64,000 bases of DNA from Sphingobacteriales bacterium. Its GTDB lineage: Bacteria > Bacteroidota > Bacteroidia > Chitinophagales > JADJOU01. The notes beneath the pieces were generated by a model. The model had not been told where the DNA came from and made no database searches. It saw only the letters and a list, made by a program, of their open reading frames with translations. Shown here piece after piece: positions 9,088 to 19,266 of the stretch (positions are counted from its first letter, which is position 1; each line of letters opens with the position of its first letter). The DNA lies in NCBI GenBank assembly GCA_021297855.1, contig JAJTHM010000055.1, forward strand, positions 4,216 through 68,215. The letters run 5' to 3'. Position numbers and translations under genes: made by a program.

Positions 9088-10983
9088 ATGAATAGTAAGA
9101 TCATAGCCACTTTTTTTGGGATAACTTTAATATTACAAGCTAATTCTCAATATGATAGCCGCAATTTCACCTATGATGAGAGCTTAAAAAACTATATCAA
9201 TTACGATCAATTAGAGGAATTGACGAATAAATTCCTCTTAAAAGATAAATCCATGGTGGATGATGAGGCGCTAAGACAGCAGATTTTTATTGAAAAGAGT
9301 GCGCTCCCTTACTACACAGATGAGGAAATGCATAAAAAAATACTAGCAATACCTGCAACGATTCCAATGAAATACCACCCTGAGGTAGGTCGAATCGCGA
9401 AGTATTTTCTTTTCGAGAAGAGAGATTATTTAACCAGAATGTTAACTGCATCCAAAACCTATTTTCCCATTTTCGAAGAAGTACTGGATGAGCATAATCT
9501 TCCTATAGAGCTTAAATACCTCGCTATAGTCGAAAGTGCATTGAATCCTCAGGCCAGATCTAGAGTAGGTGCTACAGGTTTATGGCAGTTTATGCATGGT
9601 ACGGCAAAGCATGAGGGTATGGAAATCAATTCATTGGTAGATGAGCGCAGTGATATTTATAAATCCACAGAGCATGCAGCCATTTACCTTAAAAAGCTAT
9701 ATAACATTTATGGGGACTGGTTACTCGCTTTAGCTGCCTACAACTCTGGTCCTGGCAATGTAAATAAAGCTATACGGAATTCCGGTGGTTATGATTTTTG
9801 GTCTATAAAGCATAGATTACCAAAAGAAACTCAAAATTATGTCCCATCATTTATAGCCATAGTATATGCAATGCACTATGCTAAAGAGTATAAACTTCAG
9901 CCAGGCAAGCCTATGTTAAATTTTCAGGCTTGTAAAATCGAAAAAGTATATGACAAGCAATCACTCAAATACATTTCAGAACTTGTTGGCTGCACAGAAG
10001 AACATTTATGTAAGTATAATCCCGCATTGAAAAAAGGAATAATCCCTAAAGTAGATATTGGGTATGGCTTAGTCTTACCGAAAGAATATGCTTTAAAATT
10101 CAGTGAGAAAAGAAATTTGTTAGCACAAGATCCTTATATCTACAATCCTTCATTCACTCCTCCTGTCGTTGCTGAAGATTTATTGGCAAGCAGCACGAAT
10201 GCGGATCCTAATACCTTGAGCACTGCTTCAAACATTGCGGCATATACAAAGCCAGTAGAAGAAAAGAAGTTAACTCTTTCGGAAATAGCCAATACCGTCA
10301 CTTTAAGGGATCCCAAATCCTTCGCAAGCAGCGCCTTGGATGAATCCGAAGCACAAAATAATTCTACAGAACCAAAAAGACTAATCGCCAGTTCTCCTCC
10401 ATCTTATAAGATAGTTAAAGTGATGGATGTGCAGAAAAAGACCATTTACCATAGTGTCAAAAGGGGTGAAAACCTGACTCAGATAGCTAATAAATACGGT
10501 GTAAACTTGAATGATTTGAAAGATTGGAATGATTTAAATTCAAAATCCAATTTATTTGTTGGAAAGAAATTAAAGGTTGAACAATCTGAGACTATCGTGA
10601 AGCCTCAATTTGCTCTGGATTCTAAATCGAAATCGAATGACGAAGCGGTTAGTGCTGTAACTGAAAATGTCATAGTACATAAAATCAGAAGAGGAGAAAC
10701 GCTTCTTCAATTGACTAGACTATACAATTGCTCTTTAAATGATTTAAAAGAATGGAATAATCTAAAATCAACAGATGTAAAAGTAGATCAAGAGGTCTAT
10801 GTATATATTGAATCCAATCCTAAATTTAAAAGCTACTCATACTATGAAGCAAAACTCGGCGATACTTTAGTTACCGCGAGCATTCAGTTCAATGTGCCTG
10901 TCGAAGTTTTAAAAAGCCTGAACAATAGGGGCGAAAATGAACCGCTCAAAAAAGGAGAGAAAATAAAAATCCCAACTCTATAA
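9088..10983 (+). CDS. mltD: Lytic murein transglycosylase with LysM repeats (MltD-like)
   Basis: LAIVESALNP, GATGLWQFM and LAAYNSGPG SLT motifs; C-terminal LysM domains (HSVKRGENL, HKIRRGETL). Confidence 0.9.
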   Translation: MNSKIIATFFGITLILQANSQYDSRNFTYDESLKNYINYDQLEELTNKFLLKDKSMVDDEALRQQIFIEKSALPYYTDEEMHKKILAIPATIPMKYHPEVGRIAKYFLFEKRDYLTRMLTASKTYFPIFEEVLDEHNLPIELKYLAIVESALNPQARSRVGATGLWQFMHGTAKHEGMEINSLVDERSDIYKSTEHAAIYLKKLYNIYGDWLLALAAYNSGPGNVNKAIRNSGGYDFWSIKHRLPKETQNYVPSFIAIVYAMHYAKEYKLQPGKPMLNFQACKIEKVYDKQSLKYISELVGCTEEHLCKYNPALKKGIIPKVDIGYGLVLPKEYALKFSEKRNLLAQDPYIYNPSFTPPVVAEDLLASSTNADPNTLSTASNIAAYTKPVEEKKLTLSEIANTVTLRDPKSFASSALDESEAQNNSTEPKRLIASSPPSYKIVKVMDVQKKTIYHSVKRGENLTQIANKYGVNLNDLKDWNDLNSKSNLFVGKKLKVEQSETIVKPQFALDSKSKSNDEAVSAVTENVIVHKIRRGETLLQLTRLYNCSLNDLKEWNNLKSTDVKVDQEVYVYIESNPKFKSYSYYEAKLGDTLVTASIQFNVPVEVLKSLNNRGENEPLKKGEKIKIPTL

Positions 10984-10984
10984 A

Positions 10985-11704
10985 TTGGAGATTTTTCAAT
11001 TTAAGAAATTTAAAGTTAAACAAAATTCTGCCTCTGTATTTAAAGTCAATACAGAGGCAGTTTTGCTTTCTGCTTGGGTAAATATTGAGTCCAAAATGGA
11101 AATTCTAGAGATAGGTTCGGGAACTGGTGTTATAAGCCTTGGGTTAGTCCAAAGAATTGATATTTCCTCCAACATAACCACCTTAGATATAGACAAAAAT
11201 GCCTATGCATTGACAATGGAAAACCTAGAATTAAATCAAACAACTAATATCTGCGCACAGCATAAAAGTATTCAAGAGTATTATCAAGAAAATTCAACTA
11301 AACTATTCGATTTAATCATTTCAAATCCCCCTTATTTTAACTATAAATCAAAATCAGTAAAACCAAGGAATCTACTCTCAAAGTATACAGATAGTCTAGA
11401 CTATGCTACCTTAATTGAACTAGCTAATAAATTACTTAAAAGCGAAGGTAGGATAGCCATTATTATTCCTTACGAAGACATGAAAAAAATGAATGTTATC
11501 ATTCAGACGAACCAGTTACATATACGAAGAGCATTGCTACTTTCAAGTGTGCCTCACAAGTTACCTTTAAGAGTTTTACTAGAAATAAAAAAAGGGTCCA
11601 AAAAAGAGGATTTTCTTGTGGAAGAACTTTTGGTAAAAGACCAAGAAGGTCAATTTACTGAAGAGTATAAGCGCTTAACCAAAGACTATTATACCATCTT
11701 CTAA
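10985..11704 (+). CDS. tRNA1(Val) (adenine37-N6)-methyltransferase (YfiC/TrmN6-like)
   Basis: FQFKKFKVKQ N-terminus, LEIGSGTG, FDLIISNPPYF and C-terminal EYKRLTKDYY. Confidence 0.85.
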   Translation: MEIFQFKKFKVKQNSASVFKVNTEAVLLSAWVNIESKMEILEIGSGTGVISLGLVQRIDISSNITTLDIDKNAYALTMENLELNQTTNICAQHKSIQEYYQENSTKLFDLIISNPPYFNYKSKSVKPRNLLSKYTDSLDYATLIELANKLLKSEGRIAIIIPYEDMKKMNVIIQTNQLHIRRALLLSSVPHKLPLRVLLEIKKGSKKEDFLVEELLVKDQEGQFTEEYKRLTKDYYTIF

Positions 11705-12354
11705 TATTTGTCCGTATCTACAGTTTTTTTCTTCTTTTTATTTCTCCCTAGAAATTCTATAAACTCAGCCCAAGCGAATGGGTTAGCAATATTGTTTACT
11801 GGCATCAGACCCGTACTTTGACGCAAATTATCTTGGTTGTGCTGTTGCAAATATCCCGCTCTATTTTCAGCTAAACTAGGCATCATACCATCTCGAATTT
11901 GGGTCCATCGCTCATACTGAAGATTTTGATATGCGATAACAAGATCGCCTTCGCTTATATTCAAATCTAAAACTGCTCGCTTTAATTCTTCGACATTTTT
12001 CCAAGGGACTATCACTACGGCCTCAAGTCTATTGGTATCTCGAATCATTGGTTGTGTAGCAAAAAAACGATCTCGCTTTAAATTTTCTGGTATGATTAGG
12101 ATACTTTTTTTGAATCCAACGGACGAAAACTCTATCGTGTCACCACCTCTAACTACTAAGCTGAAAAAACCATCTGGCCCAGAATAAGCACTCGATCGAC
12201 GGGATTTATTTTTAATAGTTACGAATGCCACTGTCTCCACTGAGTCGTTGAAGGAAAGCAAGGTATTGCCAGAAAACTGAATCAATCCAGAATTATCTTG
12301 ACTAGATAATTGTGTGGCAAGAAAGAGACCTAGAACTAAAAAAAATTTACTCAT
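11701..12354 (-). CDS. Exported protein with a carboxypeptidase-regulatory-like domain
   Basis: Signal peptide; DGFFSLVVRGGDTIEFSSVGFK motif. Confidence 0.7.
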   Translation of the reverse strand: MSKFFLVLGLFLATQLSSQDNSGLIQFSGNTLLSFNDSVETVAFVTIKNKSRRSSAYSGPDGFFSLVVRGGDTIEFSSVGFKKSILIIPENLKRDRFFATQPMIRDTNRLEAVVIVPWKNVEELKRAVLDLNISEGDLVIAYQNLQYERWTQIRDGMMPSLAENRAGYLQQHNQDNLRQSTGLMPVNNIANPFAWAEFIEFLGRNKKKKKTVDTDKY

Positions 12355-12408
12355 GTTGGATTCTGTTATGATACAAAACTAATCCGAATAAAATGCAATC
12401 ATGGGTTA

Positions 12409-12442
12409 AAAAAACAAAAGGCAGCCCAAAAAGAGCTGCCTT
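12409..12442 (-). terminator. Intrinsic terminator after the VPS10/BNR T9SS gene
   Basis: AAGGCAGC...GCTGCCTT stem followed by a T-rich tail on the minus strand. Confidence 0.75.
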
Positions 12443-12463
12443 CAATTTGAACATATTATCTGA

Positions 12464-15211
12464 TTAATTCTTTACTATAATCTTTCCTCCCACGATATTA
12501 TTGCCATCTTCTACACGCACGATGTATTTGCCATCTTGAAGGCCACTAATGTCTGTATTAATTATATTATCCCCTGAAATAGCACGATAAGCCATTCTTT
12601 TCACATTTCTACCAGCCATATCATATATAGCAATCATGTAGTTTGCGCCTATTTTAGACTCGAACGAAATATTTATTTTATCTGTGGTTGGATTTGGATA
12701 AATATCAAAATTAATCCTCAAATTATTGATATAATCTAGTCCACTTCTCACCTTTTTCTTGTAATCACAACTTGTTTTGAATGGGAAAGGAGCTCTCCAA
12801 AAGCCTCTACCATGCGTAGCAGCATATATCAAAGTACATTCTTCTGCATTCAGAGAATTCACTCTGAGTTTAAAGACTGGAACTCTTCCTATCTTTTTGT
12901 TGGATTCGGTCCACACTGGTGAGGCATCGCTGATATTGAATGTTTCCCATATACCAAACTCCGTACCTATTACAACGTGGTCTCTGTCCTCTGGATCTAT
13001 AGCACATGTATAAACTGGCATGACTGGAAGATTTCCCTGCTTACTGATAAAACTAGTTCCGTTTTCAGATAGGAATACTTTTGAAGTACCTCCAAATCCA
13101 ATCTGGGTAGCTACTACGTAGTTCGGATCCGTTTGATGGACATAAAGTCCACCTATTGGTCCAGTAGCACCAGTTAAATTTGTCCACGCTAAGTTTGGTC
13201 TTTTTAAACAAGGTTGATTCGGAATAGTTCTATCCACACCAAAGGAGTCAAAGTCCTTCAATGTTGTATTTTTTCTAACTCCACCTGCACCAAATAAGTA
13301 AACAGTCCCAATGTCTTTTGTACTATGAATACCATAAATAGCTCCTACACCACCCGATTCCCAATTAGTGAAGGCTGTAGGTTGTGATGGTATATGTGCA
13401 TTGGACGAGATTGTATATTGTCCGTTTTGATTAAATACGAATAAAAATGATTTTTCCACTTCATCAAATAATCCAGGAGTGACCTTCACCTTTTCTACTA
13501 AACCGATTCTAGTATGAAATCCTACATTGGCAAAATTACCTCCTTCTTCAATACAGCCCGAGGCTAATGGTTTTCTCGTTGTTGTCAAATCAGTTGTTCG
13601 AGATAAAGAACCTGTGTAAACAGTTGTATAGGCCACTTGGTAATTATTCGCAGCTGAAATAGCACAATCAAAACCATCGCCACCACTAATCTCAAGAGCG
13701 ATATTACTATTTCCTCCTGTTAGCGTAATAAATTGAGTACCATTGTCTTGCGTACCACCTACTAGTTCTCCATATTTATTTACCGCCATATCATAAAACT
13801 GTGTAATATTTAATCCAGTAAATATAGGTTTCCATGTAGCGTTTGGAAAAGATGATAATGAATTGAATGAGATATAAGGACCACCATCTGTACAAACTAC
13901 CATGGTATCTGGGCGCGTAGGGTGGAAAGCAAACTCATGATTATCTGCATGAACTAGATTCAGACCCAAAATGGCAGGTGAATTCCAGTTAGATGCTTGT
14001 ACCCAACCCAAATTGCGTGACCATCCATAAGATTTTACTGATCCTCCTAGAAAAATTTTATCGTCATCCTTTGGATGAGCAGTTAAACACAAATCGTAAA
14101 ACCCTTGACAACCCAGTGTTGAGCATAGTGGACTAAAACTTGCATCTGATTTTCCAATTAGTTCCCAAGTAGTACCTCCATCTTCGGATCGAATAACGTA
14201 TTTTAGGTCTCCTCCTCTAGTTCCAGTAATTCCGCATGCATATAGCTTTTTAGCGTCATATGCTGAAACTGCAATTCTCACATGTTGATTTCCGTCTGCG
14301 ATCCAATCAGGTCTATTTCCAATTAAATCAACAAAACTGGTGCCTCCATTCTCAGATTTAAAAACCCTGCCACTCCATGCAGCATAAATGACTGTGCCAT
14401 CATATGAGTATTTGACCTGTGCTATTGCAGTATTAGGAACTGATGTTGACTTTGTCCATGTGGTTCCTCCATCTTTGGATACCTGCATACCATTGTCAGT
14501 AGCAGCAAAAACAATATCATTATCTAGTGGATTGCACGCTATATCCAACACTCTTTTAAATTGAGCTGGTTGAGCATTAGTCAAAGAGCCGTTAATGGTG
14601 GACGTCAAATGAACAAATTCTTCTTCATCCGCTTTTTTCTTGTAAATTCCATGTCCGTTAAACTGTGAACCAAATCCCGCATTAGGTGTATTGCCCCAAT
14701 ATTCCCCAGTTCCTGCATAGATATCCCCATCTTTTGATTGAATCAAGCAGCCTATAGGCATTACCTTAAAAATATCCGCCATATTTTTCACTGGAGTCCA
14801 GTTGTGTCCAAGATTTTCTGAAACAAACACGCCTCCTGAAACCCCTGCACAATAAACTCTACCTTCTTTTGTCTTATCAAAAACAAAACCGCGCGTTCTA
14901 CCACCTACTTGGTTAGGGCCTTGATCTTCCCATACGAGTTCCTCGCCTCTTGAAGATAATCTAGAGCCCGAGAGTTCTTCTATCTCAGCCAAGGCTTTAT
15001 ACCAATCATTTTCTTCTACCTTACCAGTCACGACATTGCGCAGCTGATTCGCACGCTCTTCTGCTCTTCCTTGGATTCTAGATTCCAAGGGCATTTTCTT
15101 GGACTTTTTGTAGGAAGCCATGTATTCAAAACGTTTCATCGGTTCTTTCGCTACAAAAGCAACCAGAAGTAAAAAGAAAAATGAAAATAATACTAAGTTG
15201 AATTTCTTCAT
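12464..15211 (-). CDS. VPS10/BNR (Asp-box) beta-propeller protein with T9SS type A C-terminal sorting domain
   Basis: GPNQVGGRTR; repeated SxDxGxTW boxes; GGTQDNG, GGDG and ATHGRG; CTD IYPNP...GKYIVRV. Confidence 0.88.
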   Translation of the reverse strand: MKKFNLVLFSFFFLLLVAFVAKEPMKRFEYMASYKKSKKMPLESRIQGRAEERANQLRNVVTGKVEENDWYKALAEIEELSGSRLSSRGEELVWEDQGPNQVGGRTRGFVFDKTKEGRVYCAGVSGGVFVSENLGHNWTPVKNMADIFKVMPIGCLIQSKDGDIYAGTGEYWGNTPNAGFGSQFNGHGIYKKKADEEEFVHLTSTINGSLTNAQPAQFKRVLDIACNPLDNDIVFAATDNGMQVSKDGGTTWTKSTSVPNTAIAQVKYSYDGTVIYAAWSGRVFKSENGGTSFVDLIGNRPDWIADGNQHVRIAVSAYDAKKLYACGITGTRGGDLKYVIRSEDGGTTWELIGKSDASFSPLCSTLGCQGFYDLCLTAHPKDDDKIFLGGSVKSYGWSRNLGWVQASNWNSPAILGLNLVHADNHEFAFHPTRPDTMVVCTDGGPYISFNSLSSFPNATWKPIFTGLNITQFYDMAVNKYGELVGGTQDNGTQFITLTGGNSNIALEISGGDGFDCAISAANNYQVAYTTVYTGSLSRTTDLTTTRKPLASGCIEEGGNFANVGFHTRIGLVEKVKVTPGLFDEVEKSFLFVFNQNGQYTISSNAHIPSQPTAFTNWESGGVGAIYGIHSTKDIGTVYLFGAGGVRKNTTLKDFDSFGVDRTIPNQPCLKRPNLAWTNLTGATGPIGGLYVHQTDPNYVVATQIGFGGTSKVFLSENGTSFISKQGNLPVMPVYTCAIDPEDRDHVVIGTEFGIWETFNISDASPVWTESNKKIGRVPVFKLRVNSLNAEECTLIYAATHGRGFWRAPFPFKTSCDYKKKVRSGLDYINNLRINFDIYPNPTTDKINISFESKIGANYMIAIYDMAGRNVKRMAYRAISGDNIINTDISGLQDGKYIVRVEDGNNIVGGKIIVKN

Positions 15212-15362
15212 AATTTTAGTTTAAATTTTTATATCACAAAGATATTTTTAAAACTCTCAAAAATATAACTTTTTTCTCAACAATAATTTTTTTCTAAAGG
15301 ATTTGCTACATTTTTTAAAGAATTTAAAATTCTAACTAAAAAAGTGCAATTTTAGACAAATT

Positions 15363-15926
15363 TTAACTATCCAAATTGGAGCCTTCGGAAAGTTGAATAA
15401 TACAAAATATAGAGTAGTTTAATATATCTTGGTAATTGGAATAGGCGCCTTCAGAAATCGTAGTCTCCCCTTGATTATCTTCGATTTGCTTTATTCTAAG
15501 AAGCTTGGCCAGAATGATATCGGTCATAGAGGATACGCGCATATCTCGCCAGACTTCCCCATAATCTGTATTCTTCCTCGAAAGTAAATCTAATGTATCG
15601 TTGACTATTTCTGTATATCTAGCTTTTAGCGCTTCAAAGGACATAGATTCAAGACCTTCTGGTTTATTTGTAGCAATAATCATAGCCATGATACAATAGT
15701 TGATAATGCTGTGAAATTCATCTTGCTGACTATCTCCTATGACATTTCTTTTGGATTCTTGAATATTTCGAATGCGTTTAGCTTTAATGTAAATTTGATC
15801 CGTAAGTGAACTCAGACGCATAATGGTCCAAGACATGCCATAATCTTGATTTTTCTTTAAAAAGACCTCTTGGCAGTTGGCTATTATTTTCTTAAAAGAA
15901 TTTATTGTTGTATTCTCCATGTTCAT
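15363..15926 (-). CDS. DUF1599 domain protein (two tandem copies of the domain)
   Basis: KKNQDYG...SSLTDQI and RKNTDYG...SSMTDII repeats; divergent from folP, a common Bacteroidota arrangement. Confidence 0.85.
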   Translation of the reverse strand: MNMENTTINSFKKIIANCQEVFLKKNQDYGMSWTIMRLSSLTDQIYIKAKRIRNIQESKRNVIGDSQQDEFHSIINYCIMAMIIATNKPEGLESMSFEALKARYTEIVNDTLDLLSRKNTDYGEVWRDMRVSSMTDIILAKLLRIKQIEDNQGETTISEGAYSNYQDILNYSIFCIIQLSEGSNLDS

Positions 15927-16116
15927 AAAGTGTACAAATGTACATATATTTTTTCTTCGTCAAATTTATAAACAGACGAATAAAAAATTATATGGGATAA
16001 AAGCGAAGCGTTAAATTGATGCCATTAAAATAAATCAATAATTGCTCCTAACCATTAAAAATGAACCAATATTACTGGAGAAATATAAATGAAAAAGTCA
16101 AATTTGAATTAATCCT

Positions 16117-16124
16117 TACATTTG
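16117..16124 (+). promoter_or_regulatory. -7 element (TACATTTG) for folP
   Basis: TAnnTTTG about 30 nt before the start. Confidence 0.55.
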
Positions 16125-16152
16125 CCTTAAACCTAATTCCTACCAATGCATT

Positions 16153-17007
16153 ATGATTTCTGCATCTAGAAAAAAAAACTATTCATTTAATATTCACGGT
16201 CGTCTATGGAATTTAGACCAGCCAAAGGTCATGGGTATCTTGAATCTGACACCAGACTCCTTTTATGACGGTGGTAAATTTATCACGACAAAAGACCTTC
16301 TATTTCAAACAGAAAAAATGCTCGATGAGGGTGCAGATTTAATCGATCTCGGCGCCATGAGCTCAAGACCATATAGCAAAGAAATGCCTGTTGAAGATGA
16401 ACTGAAGCGGCTCCAAACTGCCTTGCCAGATTTATTGAAAAATTTCCCATCGACTATTTTTAGTATTGATACCTACAGAAGCCAAGTCGCCAAATATGCG
16501 TTAAATCAAGGGGTAGCCATAATCAATGATATAACAGCTGGCACGAAAGATGAAGAGATGCTTAAGGTTGCGAAAAGCTTTAGTGCACCCTATATAGCTA
16601 TGCATATGCAGGGCAGTCCTGATACTATGCAGCATAAACCAGAATATCAAAATGTCATCACTGACGTATTCCAATACTTTGGTCAGCGATTGATTCAAAT
16701 GAAAAATCAAGGAATTTCAGATATCATTTTAGATGTAGGGTTTGGATTTGGCAAATCAATCCGCGATAATTTCACCCTACTGAAACATTTATCTACCTTT
16801 CAAGAATTAGATTGTCCATTGCTAGTAGGAATATCTAGAAAAAGCATGATATATAAAAGTCTCGATACCGACCCAGAAAATGCCCTCAATGGCACTACAG
16901 CATTGCATTTTGAGGCCTTAAGGAACGGGGCTCAAATACTGAGAGTGCACGACGTAAAAGAAGCTAAGGAGGTGGTTCGGCTCTATTTAGAATATGAAAA
17001 TGCCTAA
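16153..17007 (+). CDS. folP: Dihydropteroate synthase
   Basis: MGILNLTPDSFYDGG, SIDTY, GFGFGK, GISRKS, ILRVHDV. Confidence 0.97.
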   Translation: MISASRKKNYSFNIHGRLWNLDQPKVMGILNLTPDSFYDGGKFITTKDLLFQTEKMLDEGADLIDLGAMSSRPYSKEMPVEDELKRLQTALPDLLKNFPSTIFSIDTYRSQVAKYALNQGVAIINDITAGTKDEEMLKVAKSFSAPYIAMHMQGSPDTMQHKPEYQNVITDVFQYFGQRLIQMKNQGISDIILDVGFGFGKSIRDNFTLLKHLSTFQELDCPLLVGISRKSMIYKSLDTDPENALNGTTALHFEALRNGAQILRVHDVKEAKEVVRLYLEYENA

Positions 17008-17072
17008 TATTTCGTTTCAAGTCTGAATAAAAGATTCAAACAGCAACAACCTTTAAAATAAATATTTTGGAC

Positions 17073-17080
17073 TACATTTG
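17073..17080 (+). promoter_or_regulatory. -7 element (TACATTTG) for ychF
   Basis: TAnnTTTG about 33 nt before the ATG. Confidence 0.55.
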
Positions 17081-17112
17081 TAGTTTTATACAAATAAACA
17101 GAGTAATTTAAG

Positions 17113-18213
17113 ATGGGATTAAAATGTGGTATCGTAGGATTGCCAAATGTAGGAAAATCAACAATTTTTAATGCTTTAACCAATGCAAAGGCACAGGCGG
17201 CAAATTTTCCATTTTGCACCATAGAGCCTAATGTCGGTGTCATAACTGTTCCTGACCAACGATTGACTAAAATATCGGATATCGTGGTTCCAGAGAAATT
17301 GGTTCCAACTACCGTAGAGATTGTAGATATCGCTGGACTCGTCAAAGGTGCCAGCAAAGGTGAAGGCTTGGGAAATCAGTTTCTAGGAAATATTAAAGAA
17401 ACGGATGCCATACTGCACGTAATTCGTTGTTTTGAAGATGGGAATGTAATCCATGTGGACGGTAGCGTGAATCCTGTCCGCGACAAAGAAGTCATTGATA
17501 TAGAACTGCAGCTGAAAGACTTGGAAACAGTAACCAAATCCATGCAAAAATATGAAAAGCAGGCCAAAGTCGGCAGCGACAAACAAGCGATAGCTGCTAT
17601 GGAGCTTTTGAACAAGTATAAAGCTTGCCTAGAAGATGGCATATCTGCAAGAACAATTACTATCCGAGAAGATCAGGAGTGGATAGTCAAAACATTGAAT
17701 CTATTGACCAATAAGCCAATTCTCTATGTATGCAATGTGGATGAAGCCTCCGCCAAGACAGGGAATGCCCATGTCGATGCGCTGAAACAAGCTGTAAAAG
17801 ATGAAAATGCGGAAGTACTCGTCATCAGTGCTGCTATAGAAGCTGATATCGCACAGCTGGAGAGCTTTGAAGATAGAAAGGCCTTTCTTTCCGATTTAGG
17901 GTTAGAACAATCCGGAGTAGAACAATTAATTCAGAAATCTTATTCCCTATTGAAGTTGATTACCTACTTTACTGCAGGGGTCAAAGAGGTCAGAGCCTGG
18001 ACCATACATGAAGGAGATACTGCACCTCAGGCTGCCGGTGTCATTCATACGGACTTTGAAAAAGGGTTCATACGAGCGGAGGTCATAGCCTATCAGGATT
18101 TTATAGGTCTGGGAGGAGAGTCTAAAGTCAAGGAAGCCGGAAAACTTAGGGTAGAGGGCAAAGAGTATCTGGTCAAGGATGGCGATATTATGCACTTCCG
18201 TTTCAATGTCTAA
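17113..18213 (+). CDS. ychF: Redox-regulated ATPase YchF
   Basis: [43 protein letters not shown]-terminal FRFNV. Confidence 0.98.
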   Translation: MGLKCGIVGLPNVGKSTIFNALTNAKAQAANFPFCTIEPNVGVITVPDQRLTKISDIVVPEKLVPTTVEIVDIAGLVKGASKGEGLGNQFLGNIKETDAILHVIRCFEDGNVIHVDGSVNPVRDKEVIDIELQLKDLETVTKSMQKYEKQAKVGSDKQAIAAMELLNKYKACLEDGISARTITIREDQEWIVKTLNLLTNKPILYVCNVDEASAKTGNAHVDALKQAVKDENAEVLVISAAIEADIAQLESFEDRKAFLSDLGLEQSGVEQLIQKSYSLLKLITYFTAGVKEVRAWTIHEGDTAPQAAGVIHTDFEKGFIRAEVIAYQDFIGLGGESKVKEAGKLRVEGKEYLVKDGDIMHFRFNV

Positions 18214-18240
18214 ATAGAAAACACTTCCTAGTCAAATCCA

Positions 18241-19266
18241 TTGGATAAACTTAAAGCATTTTGGAATAAGCATCATAAGATAAATATTGTTATCTTAAAA
18301 TTAGGCTTGGCGGTTCTCTTGTTCTATAATTTATATGCCAAATTCTCAGAAAAAGGCTTTCAAGAGACCTTAGAAATATTTCAACGTGAGTTTTCCCCGG
18401 ACAAGCTCTATTACTTGTTATTCGTTATATTTCTTACCTTCTTTAACTGGGGGTTCGAGACACTCAAATTCTATCTTTGTGTGCAACGTTTAGAAAAGAT
18501 AAGTTTCTGGTTGGCATATAGAGCAATTCTGTATGGAAATGCAATGAATCTTATTTTTCCAGCTAGCATAGGCGAACTCACTGGAAGACCTTTGGTACTG
18601 AAAGAAGAAAATAGAATTAGTGGATCAGGTATTGCGTATTATGTTTCTATTGTACAGAAGGTTGCTTCTCCTTTGATGGGAATGATATTTCTTGCCTATG
18701 CGCATTATTACGGATTTCTCTCCAAAGAAAAATTGAGTTTTTTAAATCTAGGCTTATCCATAGCGGGAATCATAGTTTTGATATCTATCATAGATGTCGT
18801 ATTCTGGTTGTTTATGTACTTGAAACCTGAAGTCATGGTCAACTGGCTAGCCAAGGTCAAGTCTTTAAAAAAAATATTTGAGTCTTTAGGAGTGTTTTTA
18901 CATTACAATTTAGCCACCAAACTGACCCTTGTCGGAATAGGTTCTATCCGTTTTTTCATTTTCGTCACCCAGTACTGGCTGTTAATGTTTATATTTTTCA
19001 ATGAGTTTCCTTATTTTGAATTCTACATTTTGTGCGGAGTATATTTCTTAGCTCAATTTGTCATCCCCTCCATGGGAGCATTGGACGTTGGTATTCGAGC
19101 GAATCTCGTGCTCTTTGTCTTTAGTCTATACACCAAGAACTTTGCACAGCTCATGGCGGTGAACTACCTCATTTGGATTATCAACCTATTGATTCCATCG
19201 CTTTTTGGATTTTATCTTATGCGTAAAACTATCAATCCATTCAAAGTCAAGGAAGCGAAGTTTTGA
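18241..19266 (+). CDS. Lysylphosphatidylglycerol-synthase TM / flippase-like membrane protein
   Basis: Multi-TM; NWGFE..K, PASIGE..GR, DVGIR and WIINL..P motifs. Confidence 0.7.
   Translation: MDKLKAFWNKHHKINIVILKLGLAVLLFYNLYAKFSEKGFQETLEIFQREFSPDKLYYLLFVIFLTFFNWGFETLKFYLCVQRLEKISFWLAYRAILYGNAMNLIFPASIGELTGRPLVLKEENRISGSGIAYYVSIVQKVASPLMGMIFLAYAHYYGFLSKEKLSFLNLGLSIAGIIVLISIIDVVFWLFMYLKPEVMVNWLAKVKSLKKIFESLGVFLHYNLATKLTLVGIGSIRFFIFVTQYWLLMFIFFNEFPYFEFYILCGVYFLAQFVIPSMGALDVGIRANLVLFVFSLYTKNFAQLMAVNYLIWIINLLIPSLFGFYLMRKTINPFKVKEAKF

Noticed and set aside
17004-18195. Minus-strand ORFs overlapping ychF
   Set aside because: Antisense shadows of a highly conserved gene.
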